This document shows positions 46,585-54,261 of a DNA stretch of 56,998 bases, piece by piece. The DNA comes from a virus (taxonomy: Duplodnaviria > Caudoviricetes): IMG/VR virus record IMGVR_UViG_3300021959_000045, positions 1 through 56,998 of that record; one strand, 5' to 3'. The notes under the pieces are model-generated. The model did no database searches. It was not told the DNA's origin and worked only from the letters and a program-made list of their open reading frames with translations. Within the stretch, counting starts at the first letter, position 1; every line of letters begins with the position of its first letter. The position numbers and the translations under genes were made by a program.

Positions 46585-47940
46585 TTATTTTTCCTTTATA
46601 AAATATTCTAAATCTTCAGGTGTTCCCAATCCCCACATTTCTTTCGCAGTACTTGTTCGAATCTTTTTACCGTCTGCAATTGCTTCGTTGAACACAGGAC
46701 ACACATAGAACTCATTGTTGACACGAATATCTTTCTCGATCATCTGTTCTGCATACTTGACAAAATCGGAACCGTGTTTCCAATAATAATAACCTACGGT
46801 TGCACAATCACTGATCGGATTCTTCTCTGCAACTTCTGTTACTAAACCCGTTTTCATATCTACGGCAGCATAAGACCACTTAGGATGTGTTGCTTTAAAT
46901 ATAACGATACCACCATCAGCATCAGACTCTTGCATATCGTACATGAACTGAACTGGATCCCAATCAACCCATTGATCACTATTGGCAAAGAATAAAGGTG
47001 AATCGTTGTCAATATATTCTTTTGCTAGTAATGCGGTACATGCGGCACCTTGAGTCATCTCATCCACTTCTATTATCTTACAGTCACGACCATCAGGAGA
47101 AATCAGGGGCAACATGTTTTCGAGGTGAAACTTTTCACGGTGTTCTTTCTGCACTACGAAGATATAATTGGCATCAAGTCCTAAGTTTTCGACTACAACC
47201 TGAATCATAGGTTCGCCGTTAACATCAATTAAAGGTTTGGGAAATGTGTATCCTGCTTGTTGAAATCGAGAACCCGCACCAGCCATCGGTATGAGTACAT
47301 TTAATTTTTCATCACTCCAGTAGTTTTTAATTTTTTCTGATTTTAATTTAGGCATAATATTTTCTCTAGTCACTTCTTTAGGACTCTGTACTCTTATATA
47401 TGAAGCTCTTGATCGTTCTGCGGCAAGAAGGCCGGGTGGAGAGTCTTCAATGATTACTGTTTCTTCGGGAAGACAACCCATCATCGACATCGCTTTCCAG
47501 TAAATTTCCGGATGAGGTTTTGAGTTCTTTACATCTTCATTCGATAGAATCACTGAACAATATTCTATAATACCAGATTTCGCAAGCGCTGTCAAGACAG
47601 TTCTGCGGATACTGTTGGAACACACACCAATAACATATCCTTGATTTTCCAACTCTTTGAAAAGTCCTAAGGCATGTGTGTTGATTGGCAGGGTGTGCAT
47701 CATTTTAACCGTTTCTTTTTGTTTACGGTCAAAAATAGATTCATGGAGTTCTATAGGAAGGCCTTTAGATTCCGTTAACATCTGAAGTTTTTCTTTGGTC
47801 TTTCTACCATCATAAATGTTACGGTGTTCTTCGAGAGTGATAACATATTCTTCAGGAAGAGCTTTGTTCAAAGACACGTAGTGAATATTTTTTGCGTCGA
47901 CTAAAACACCATCCAAATCAAATAAAACTAATTTAATCAT
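46585..47940 (-). CDS. HAD-family phosphatase fused to a sugar-phosphate nucleotidyltransferase
   Basis: N-terminal FDLDGVLVD...KPHPEIY...EDSPPG; C-terminal IPMAGAGSRF...PKPLI...NSDQ...VAEK...LGTPEDL. Confidence 0.88.
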   Translation of the reverse strand: MIKLVLFDLDGVLVDAKNIHYVSLNKALPEEYVITLEEHRNIYDGRKTKEKLQMLTESKGLPIELHESIFDRKQKETVKMMHTLPINTHALGLFKELENQGYVIGVCSNSIRRTVLTALAKSGIIEYCSVILSNEDVKNSKPHPEIYWKAMSMMGCLPEETVIIEDSPPGLLAAERSRASYIRVQSPKEVTRENIMPKLKSEKIKNYWSDEKLNVLIPMAGAGSRFQQAGYTFPKPLIDVNGEPMIQVVVENLGLDANYIFVVQKEHREKFHLENMLPLISPDGRDCKIIEVDEMTQGAACTALLAKEYIDNDSPLFFANSDQWVDWDPVQFMYDMQESDADGGIVIFKATHPKWSYAAVDMKTGLVTEVAEKNPISDCATVGYYYWKHGSDFVKYAEQMIEKDIRVNNEFYVCPVFNEAIADGKKIRTSTAKEMWGLGTPEDLEYFIKEK

Positions 47941-47963
47941 TTTGAAAGGATATTCTTCATTTA

Positions 47964-48362
47964 TTATTCCCCTGTTAAATAATACATTTTTCCCTTTTTA
48001 ATCACTTCAGGGTTTCTTTTTCTAATATATTCGTTTTTCGATTCACCTTTATATAGGTCACGATTAACAGAGAAAGAATTTTCACATTCAGCACCTTCAA
48101 AATCATTAGGCATATACTCATGCCATGAGGGACATATCATCTGACCCTTTTTTAATTCTAAAAATTCGGTCATCATTCTGTAGGTTGGAATAGCGTTATA
48201 ATTTGTTACAAACACGTTGGGAAATCTTGCGTGATTAATACCGTTCATCACGTTCTTTGCAAAAACAATTTGGTACTTGGGGTCATCTTTATATTTAAAA
48301 TACAGTGGGTGCCAAAACGGTTTTAAAGTGTTATCACCTGTAACTACTATGGTTACTTCCAT
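47964..48362 (-). CDS. Hypothetical protein, possible degenerate GT fragment
   Basis: 132-aa ORF inside the glycan island. Confidence 0.6.
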   Translation of the reverse strand: MEVTIVVTGDNTLKPFWHPLYFKYKDDPKYQIVFAKNVMNGINHARFPNVFVTNYNAIPTYRMMTEFLELKKGQMICPSWHEYMPNDFEGAECENSFSVNRDLYKGESKNEYIRKRNPEVIKKGKMYYLTGE

Positions 48363-48964
48363 AATTTTTTAGCCTCAACTACGGTAGAATGCATCGCACG
48401 AATTTGACCAGGCGTATCGATATTATTAAAATCTGCCAAGGAACTTTTGCCATATTCATACTCTTTTACATTCTGAAAACCAAGAGATGATAAAGTGTCA
48501 ATCATTTCTTGTTTGCCCCAGAGATATAAATGTTCGCCCTTCTGATAAAGAAGACCTAACGCAACCTGTTCTTGAATTCTTTTGTTTTTATGACCAGCAG
48601 CACAGAACCTTTCTTGAACAATGTATCTTTGATAGTAATGTTTAACAAACGGATGATTAGATAAATCTTCTTCCCCAATCAACCACTCAACAACATCATA
48701 TGATGGCCACACAGTTCGAATCACACCGCCCGGTTTCAACACCCTCATAACTTCTTTGAATATGTTCACGCCTTGATACTTGTATAGGTGTTCAATAAAA
48801 TGTTCTGAATACACTCCATCATAAAAATTATCGGGAATTCCTTTGATGGGTAGGTTAGTTAGGTCATGAAGTTTTACCGATTTGTCACCATAATTACTAC
48901 TGACGTTTACAGCGTCCCAATTCAAACCACGCTTACGATTCGCGGCCAATTCTAAGAACATCAT
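48353..48964 (-). CDS. Methyltransferase type 11-like
   Basis: HDLT.LP, YDGVYSEHFIEHL, RVLKPGGVIR..P. Confidence 0.82.
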   Translation of the reverse strand: MMFLELAANRKRGLNWDAVNVSSNYGDKSVKLHDLTNLPIKGIPDNFYDGVYSEHFIEHLYKYQGVNIFKEVMRVLKPGGVIRTVWPSYDVVEWLIGEEDLSNHPFVKHYYQRYIVQERFCAAGHKNKRIQEQVALGLLYQKGEHLYLWGKQEMIDTLSSLGFQNVKEYEYGKSSLADFNNIDTPGQIRAMHSTVVEAKKLWK

Positions 48965-49710
48965 ATACACATTCCTCTTTTTTCCAGTTTAGGCATATTA
49001 AATTTATGACGTGCCAAGAAGTGATTGATATATCCATCAGGTTGACCTGGCCATTGATAGGGAAGTCGATTCCATTTATTGTCTAACTCTGTCACTTTAA
49101 AAACAGATTGTGATAACTGAAGATTGATATACATCTGTTCAGTGTATCTTGTGTGTATTACATAATCATCTAGCGAAGTAAAATGTTCTCGGGCCTTCTC
49201 CCTTCCCTGTTTTGACCAAAGTTGTAAACCGCCGTTCATATATCTCCACCTTTCCTGTGGGTATAATGATGACTTAGGGAACATCCAATCGTCACCAAAA
49301 AGTTTTTTACCATAGGCGATAATACCTCTTTGGTCAAGGGGTACATACATTACCTTCGACAACCATCCACCCATCTTTTGATGAACACCAACTTCATGTA
49401 CCATTGCGACATCTTCGATTGGTATATCAAAAATATTTTCTCGGGTGGTGATAAGCATATCAAGGTCAAGAACCAAAATATTATCGTACTTGGAGAATTG
49501 TGAGTCGTAGTGAATCCTACTGGAGTCTAGTCTGGGGTCAAGGTCCGGAAAGAACCTATCGTGAAGCAACATGTAATCAGCACCACAAAGTTCTGCATAC
49601 TTTTTAGTACACCTAGAACCTGTCTTAGCCCATTCAGGCATTTCAACACCGCCTAGATGAGTATCATTCGCCTCATAGGGAATGTAGTACTGAAATATTA
49701 AATTTTTCAT
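48961..49710 (-). CDS. GT-A glycosyltransferase (paralogue 3)
   Basis: MKNLIFQYY, YAELCGADY, YDNILVLDLDML, MNGG, EQMYIN, WN, NHF. Confidence 0.78.
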   Translation of the reverse strand: MKNLIFQYYIPYEANDTHLGGVEMPEWAKTGSRCTKKYAELCGADYMLLHDRFFPDLDPRLDSSRIHYDSQFSKYDNILVLDLDMLITTRENIFDIPIEDVAMVHEVGVHQKMGGWLSKVMYVPLDQRGIIAYGKKLFGDDWMFPKSSLYPQERWRYMNGGLQLWSKQGREKAREHFTSLDDYVIHTRYTEQMYINLQLSQSVFKVTELDNKWNRLPYQWPGQPDGYINHFLARHKFNMPKLEKRGMCI

Positions 49711-49725
49711 AACAAAGTTCAGTGT

Positions 49726-49881
49726 TTAACGATAATTATATTTTTGTAATAAACGTTCGGTTTCTTCGTTCCAATCGTTTTTAGATGACGGATCATTTTT
49801 ATTCTTTTTATTCTTTTCCGCCCTGTACTTATCGTTTCTCTTCTTCTTGTTTTTGGGATCGAATCTAGAGTACTTAGCCAT
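49726..49881 (-). CDS. Small basic protein, 51 aa (not in the ORF track)
   Basis: MAKYSRFDPKNKKKRNDKYRAEKNKRIKNDPSSKNDWNEETERLLQKYNYR. Confidence 0.7.
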   Translation of the reverse strand: MAKYSRFDPKNKKKRNDKYRAEKNKKNKNDPSSKNDWNEETERLLQKYNYR

Positions 49882-50048
49882 TATTTTTTCCAAAATTTTC
49901 CTTGTATTAGTTTTTTACACACCATAGTCCAGTGATAGTAGTATCTAAACTTCCATCCATACTAGGCATAGTCTTGTTCATATTGCCAACGATAACACCA
50001 CTTTCTTGCGGCAAATTCTTTAAAGAATCTACACTTTTCTGCGTCTAT
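49881..50048 (-). pseudogene. Probable disrupted small gene (ATA start, in-frame TAG at 49962-49964)
   Basis: Frame reads (I)DAEKCRFFKEFAARKWCYRWQYEQDYA*YGWKFRYYYHWTMVCKKLIQGKFWKK* and ends in a TAATG overlap with the next gene. Confidence 0.4.
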
Positions 50049-50592
50049 TATTCCTTATTTTGTTGATCAAAGGTACGAAGGGTATCGCCTCTGCTATCCT
50101 ACCTCTTTGATATATTTTCTCAGGTAACCCCTTCGACCTTTTTATTTGCCATAAGTTTTCTGAAATAAACGCATACTCCGTATCACTACTTATATCAACA
50201 CCATTTTTATATATTTCTTTACCATGAGGTTTAAACCATCTAGTGTTGTTTGGTATAAAATCTCCAGTCTTATTAAACCATTCGGTCTGTTCTCGATGTT
50301 TTTCGAATGTCTCTGATGTTATGATAGAGATGTCAAGCAACTGCCCAACTCTATGAGCGGAATTGCATAAACCAACGCAATGATCTCCGACTTCAGGCAT
50401 TATTTCAGTAACCACCATTAAGTCGACATCCCATGTGTCGGGGGTTTGCAAAAATCCACCATAAACAAAACACGGATAATCTCTAAAAAATCCGATGTTG
50501 CGTATAATGACTTCATGTAACAAATCAACGTTTGGTTTAGACCAACTAACATTAGTAGATATGTTACTTTTAACATAACTAAAGTTTTCTAT
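50029..50592 (-). CDS. Pol-beta-type nucleotidyltransferase-like protein (start uncertain)
   Basis: VYGGF...TWDVDL and a later LDI acidic motif. Frame is open upstream of TTG 50523 to an ATA at 50592. Confidence 0.55.
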   Translation of the reverse strand: MENFSYVKSNISTNVSWSKPNVDLLHEVIIRNIGFFRDYPCFVYGGFLQTPDTWDVDLMVVTEIMPEVGDHCVGLCNSAHRVGQLLDISIITSETFEKHREQTEWFNKTGDFIPNNTRWFKPHGKEIYKNGVDISSDTEYAFISENLWQIKRSKGLPEKIYQRGRIAEAIPFVPLINKIRNNRRRKV

Positions 50593-50732
50593 CTTCCTTG
50601 TCCTCTATATTTCTTGAAAGACGCTTTCTTTCGTTTGTTCAACGAAGATCTTTTAAAATGTCCGTTACCAATCGATGTTCCTTTAGGTTTACTATCAGGT
50701 TTTGTTGAATTGGAACTAAGGGATTTTGCCAT
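50589..50732 (-). CDS. Small basic conserved phage protein, KKYRGQG type, 47 aa (not in the ORF track)
   Basis: MAKSLSSNSTKPDSKPKGTSIGNGHFKRSSLNKRKKASFKKYRGQGR; GAGGAG RBS. Confidence 0.8.
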   Translation of the reverse strand: MAKSLSSNSTKPDSKPKGTSIGNGHFKRSSLNKRKKASFKKYRGQGR

Positions 50733-50735
50733 GAG

Positions 50736-50930
50736 TTATCGCTCCTCTTTTTCAGTCATAAAACAATTTTCATTGCCTAATTTAGCCCAATGCAACTCAC
50801 TAATAATTTTATTAAACCAAAGTCTATCGTATTGACTGTTGCATTTTGAAGCTTCATCAGATAGTTGTTCCATACGCATATCAATATACGATAGGTACTT
50901 TTCTATTGTTATAGGAACGTCTTTTCTCAT
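50736..50930 (-). CDS. Hypothetical protein
   Basis: 64-aa ORF with TGATG coupling. Confidence 0.7.
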   Translation of the reverse strand: MRKDVPITIEKYLSYIDMRMEQLSDEASKCNSQYDRLWFNKIISELHWAKLGNENCFMTEKEER

Positions 50931-51091
50931 CAGTCTTCAGTCTTTAAGAATGTCCAAATGCCGTATGCCAAACCACCCCACGCCAACATCTTCGCAATAC
51001 CACCAAATAAAATTACTGCAACGCAAACACTGATTAACATTGCGCCATCGAGTGTTGTTCTTTCTCCTAAAAGTTTTCTTACATATTTCAT
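50930..51091 (-). CDS. Small two-helix membrane protein, 53 aa, holin candidate (not in the ORF track)
   Basis: MKYVRKLLGERTTLDGAMLISVCVAVILFGGIAKMLAWGGLAYGIWTFLKTED; TAATG-coupled to lysozyme; GGAGG RBS. Confidence 0.75.
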   Translation of the reverse strand: MKYVRKLLGERTTLDGAMLISVCVAVILFGGIAKMLAWGGLAYGIWTFLKTED

Positions 51092-51531
51092 TAGATTGCC
51101 TCCAATCGACTCATGAGCCGTTCTGCTCGGTTAGTTACTTGACGATACCATTTTGAATCACGTCCTTCTAATGCGGCAGTCTTCCAATCACCTTCGTTAG
51201 CTGCTGCACAGAATTTCTTAAAACCGGACAAACGAGGTCTGCCCATATTGAACATCATATTGACAATAACTTGTTGTGATTCTTCGGGGAAGTCATCAAA
51301 CTCATCAAATAATACTTTGCACTCACTAATAGCAGTATCAAGATCTTTGTCAAATGCTTCCCACACACGTTCTTCTGACACAGGGGTTTCAAAGGATTGA
51401 CCCCACTCAGGATCATCAGATGTAATCAAATGACCTACACCAAATGTATGAAGACCAAGATGGTCAGCGTATACTTTATATTCCACACCCTCGTCAATCT
51501 TGAGTGTTTCGAATACTTCTTCTCTGTTCAT
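51091..51531 (-). CDS. Phage lysozyme (GH24, T4 e-like endolysin)
   Basis: LKIDEG...Y.D..G..T.GVGHLI with the E/D/T triad; NMMFNMG..L.GFKKF; DSKWYRQV.NRA.RL. Confidence 0.93.
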   Translation of the reverse strand: MNREEVFETLKIDEGVEYKVYADHLGLHTFGVGHLITSDDPEWGQSFETPVSEERVWEAFDKDLDTAISECKVLFDEFDDFPEESQQVIVNMMFNMGRPRLSGFKKFCAAANEGDWKTAALEGRDSKWYRQVTNRAERLMSRLEAI

Positions 51532-51696
51532 GTTCCGTACCTTTCTTTTCTACGTTTATAGAATATATATAATCTACAGTGCCAATAAAATACTTTTGGA
51601 TATTGATTGGGGGTGGGGACATTGAGGAAAAACTCTTCTCACCTCCGCAATCAAATCATCACCATTATCGAAAACCGACAGGTCTACAAACTTCAC
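51528..51696 (-). pseudogene. Small gene with a single extra C (frameshifted or +1 recoded)
   Basis: GTGA overlap at the start and ATGA overlap at the end; length 169 = 3n+1. Removing one C from the C5 run (51609-51613) gives a 55-aa ORF. Confidence 0.65.
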
Positions 51697-51932
51697 TTAC
51701 TACCTTCAGTCAAAATGTTTGGTAAATTGCCTGGCGTCCCACTGACGTAATCTAAAGCGTCTAATAACTCTCTGTATCGTGCTACATTATCCAGTTCTTT
51801 TTCTAATGTTTCCATAAAGTCACCATGTTCAGCCACACCAACCGGATTGTTGATAAAAGCGTGCCAGTTCGCAATATGGTATTGCATTCGTCCTTCGAGA
51901 TAACTTCTCATTGCTTTTGAAATGTGTTCCAT
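51693..51932 (-). CDS. Conserved hypothetical phage protein
   Basis: NPVGVAEH.D..E.LEKELD motif; start at 51932 (TAATG). Confidence 0.75.
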   Translation of the reverse strand: MEHISKAMRSYLEGRMQYHIANWHAFINNPVGVAEHGDFMETLEKELDNVARYRELLDALDYVSGTPGNLPNILTEGSK

Positions 51933-52627
51933 TATTTTATTCCCATCCATTCTTTTGTCATTATGTAGTCACGCACAAAGTCGCTGCGTACAATATCTTC
52001 CCATCCAAATGATATTATACTAAAATGCCTCATATTGTCAAGTATTTGTAAAAAAGTATTTACGCCCTGTTTATCTTTCTCTTGTTTAAAATCCGATTGA
52101 TGATAATCACCACACAAAATAATTTTGGTGGCTTGACCAATTCTTGTAATTACAGAATCTAATTCGTGGAAGTTTAGATTTTGCATTTCATCAACGATGA
52201 TAATGCAGTTGTCATATGTGACACCACGGATATAAGAAGTGGAGTCAAATGCGATGTAGTTATTGTGAGATAGTTTTTCATATGCTTTCATATCATCAAA
52301 CAACTCTGAACATATTGCACGATACGGGCCGGTGAACGCATCAAGTTTGTCTTCTAATGTGCCTGGCAAATATCCCACTTCTCTCGTAGGAACGACACTG
52401 CGGATGATTTGTACTTTATCGTAAGGTGTGGATTTGTCCATAACCTCTTCGAGGGCGAGGTATAGTGCGATGAAGGTTTTTCCTGTTCCAGCGGTACCTG
52501 TGAGAGCAAGATGGTCACCTTCCCTCCAGGCAGAAAATACTTTTTTTTGTTTTTCGGTTATTGGATCAACAGTAATTAGATTGTCCAACCGAATATTCAT
52601 TTGTTCAGTTTGCTTCTGTTGTTTCAT
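51932..52627 (-). CDS. phoH: PhoH family ATPase
   Basis: GTAGTGKTF, RS.VPTREVGYLPG, YIRGVT, VDEMQN, TRIG, GDYHQSD, DIVRS. Confidence 0.95.
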   Translation of the reverse strand: MKQQKQTEQMNIRLDNLITVDPITEKQKKVFSAWREGDHLALTGTAGTGKTFIALYLALEEVMDKSTPYDKVQIIRSVVPTREVGYLPGTLEDKLDAFTGPYRAICSELFDDMKAYEKLSHNNYIAFDSTSYIRGVTYDNCIIIVDEMQNLNFHELDSVITRIGQATKIILCGDYHQSDFKQEKDKQGVNTFLQILDNMRHFSIISFGWEDIVRSDFVRDYIMTKEWMGIK

Positions 52628-52857
52628 GTTTTAATTGTATTGTTCTTACCAGAATTCTTCTTGATAGCTTTTAAATGGTCTTTCCAACTGTCTGGAGTTT
52701 TAGATAGTGACGATGTTGTGGTACGAACAATTTTCATAGCTTGAAGGTGGACTTGTTCCCATTCTCCCAATTTAACCAGTTCTTCTTTCTCAGCAATTTT
52801 AAGAAACATTTCTTTAATCTCGCCGGTCTTCATATTTTTCATATCGTATGTTGGCAT
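52624..52857 (-). CDS. FmdB-like small protein without Zn-binding cysteines
   Basis: MPTYDMKN.KTGE; usual position upstream of phoH. Confidence 0.65.
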   Translation of the reverse strand: MPTYDMKNMKTGEIKEMFLKIAEKEELVKLGEWEQVHLQAMKIVRTTTSSLSKTPDSWKDHLKAIKKNSGKNNTIKT

Positions 52858-52868
52858 AATAATTTCCT

Positions 52869-52891
52869 AATAAGGCACCCCGTAGGGTGCC
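52869..52891 (-). terminator. GC-rich hairpin with cUACGg tetraloop (weak terminator or stabiliser)
   Basis: GGCACCC-TACG-GGGTGCC followed by TTATT. Confidence 0.65.
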
Positions 52892-52903
52892 CGATAGATA
52901 GGA

Positions 52904-53062
52904 TCACCCCCTAATAACTTGTTGTATAGCAGCTTCTAAAAATGCTTGTTTTTTTTGCATCTTATATGCTGCTTCTGATTTCCCTTTTTTGTTTAACTTA
53001 TGGATATAATGTCCAAGGTCTCTAGAATCTTTTTTAAGTCTTTCAATTTGATTTGCTACCAT
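52904..53062 (-). CDS. Small helical protein, 52 aa (not in the ORF track)
   Basis: MVANQIERLKKDSRDLGHYIHKLNKKGKSEAAYKMQKKQAFLEAAIQQVIRG; AAGGAG RBS. Confidence 0.8.
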   Translation of the reverse strand: MVANQIERLKKDSRDLGHYIHKLNKKGKSEAAYKMQKKQAFLEAAIQQVIRG

Positions 53063-53098
53063 AGGCAGTCTCCTTTATCTAGTTGTTGGGAAACATAA

Positions 53099-53536
53099 CT
53101 AAGTTGAGATTAAATCTGGTAAGGCCTCCTTAATTAAATTTTCTGTTAATCCTTTCACAAGTGGTTTTTTATTGATCATAGACACCAAGAGTTTGGCATC
53201 TTCTGGGTGTACTGATTCACAAAGTTCAATGAACATCTTTTCTCTTCTTAACGCATTAAGAGTTTCACTTTCTCTCAAACCTTTTACAAAATATTTTAAT
53301 TTTCTATGTTGTTTGAGTAAAGTGGAAGGAACGGATTCTTCTTTATTTGGAGTGTAAGGCACACTGCCAGCTGGAAGATTCCATTGAATTTTAGGATCAA
53401 ATGTGCCTTGTAAAATATCTCTTACAGGCACTATATTATTTTCTTGCAAGACTTTGATTTTGTCTTTTCGTGTTTTAGCAGAAGATACCTTACTCAATAT
53501 CTCAAATACTTCTAGTTTTTTCATAGTAATTGCCAT
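53099..53536 (-). CDS. Conserved T4-like phage protein (DUF6433-like)
   Basis: EIL.KV..AKTRKDKI..L, FDP.I.W.LP.G.VPY, RE.MFI.L.E.VHP.DA.LL. Confidence 0.75.
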   Translation of the reverse strand: MAITMKKLEVFEILSKVSSAKTRKDKIKVLQENNIVPVRDILQGTFDPKIQWNLPAGSVPYTPNKEESVPSTLLKQHRKLKYFVKGLRESETLNALRREKMFIELCESVHPEDAKLLVSMINKKPLVKGLTENLIKEALPDLIST

Positions 53537-53565
53537 ATACTATTATCCCTGGCCAGTTAAGCTTC

Positions 53566-53594
53566 ATTATACACATAATAAACTTGATTGTCAA
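53566..53594 (-). promoter_or_regulatory. Consensus sigma70 promoter
   Basis: TTGACA, 17 bp, TATAAT. Confidence 0.85.
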
Positions 53595-53598
53595 GTTA

Positions 53599-54261
53599 TC
53601 ATGATGTTTCTCTTTTAATCCATTTTTTAGCGACTGGTTTGGTTGGTTCCTTTTCAGTAAACTTTTTAGCCCACTTATACCCTTGTTGGGTACCAGCCTT
53701 CCAATTTGCACCGTCACTATTATCTAGGACAATAAAATTCTTACCAAAATGCCCCTGAAACTTTCCAATATTGTTCTGAACTGCGCCCCACATTTTTGCG
53801 ACTTCATCATCAGGAAGTGACCTAGAACGGGCCCTATTCCTCGCCAAGGCGGTTTCTTTGTCAGTGTTGACGAATATCATTGCGGTGTCGTAACCAAGTC
53901 TCTGTAACTCCACAGACTGTTTCTTAATCTTGTCATAATCTCTACCAGTACCGTCGATCACGATACCCAAACGACCTTTAAGGTAGAGTTCTTGTTTCTT
54001 ACCAGTGAGTGTTTTTGCTCGGCCACGCAGTTCTTGACCTTGGACAGAAAAGATGTTTTCGGGGTCCATTTCTAGACCTGCTTTTTTCATAGCGTTCTCG
54101 AAAGCATCATCGGAGTTCACTACACGCATACCCAATGCCGTGAGTGCGGTCTGACCGACGATAAAAGATTTGCCTGAACCAGGCCCGCCTGCGAGAAAGA
54201 TTGCTTTGAAGATTGCGGGGTCATTAACCCCTTCGTCGAGGAATTGTTTAAATTTGATCAT
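53599..54261 (-). CDS. P-loop kinase (AAA_33 / zeta-like) with N-terminal capsid-targeting-like peptide
   Basis: AGGPGSGKS, VNSDD, IVIDGTG, ALARNRARSR lid; N-terminus MIKFKQFLDE. Confidence 0.8.
   Translation of the reverse strand: MIKFKQFLDEGVNDPAIFKAIFLAGGPGSGKSFIVGQTALTALGMRVVNSDDAFENAMKKAGLEMDPENIFSVQGQELRGRAKTLTGKKQELYLKGRLGIVIDGTGRDYDKIKKQSVELQRLGYDTAMIFVNTDKETALARNRARSRSLPDDEVAKMWGAVQNNIGKFQGHFGKNFIVLDNSDGANWKAGTQQGYKWAKKFTEKEPTKPVAKKWIKRETS

Noticed and set aside
49962-49964. Genome-wide TAG recoding
   Set aside because: Long genes are intact under code 11 and several end at TAG (36744, 37269, 50589, 53099); no suppressor tRNA seen.
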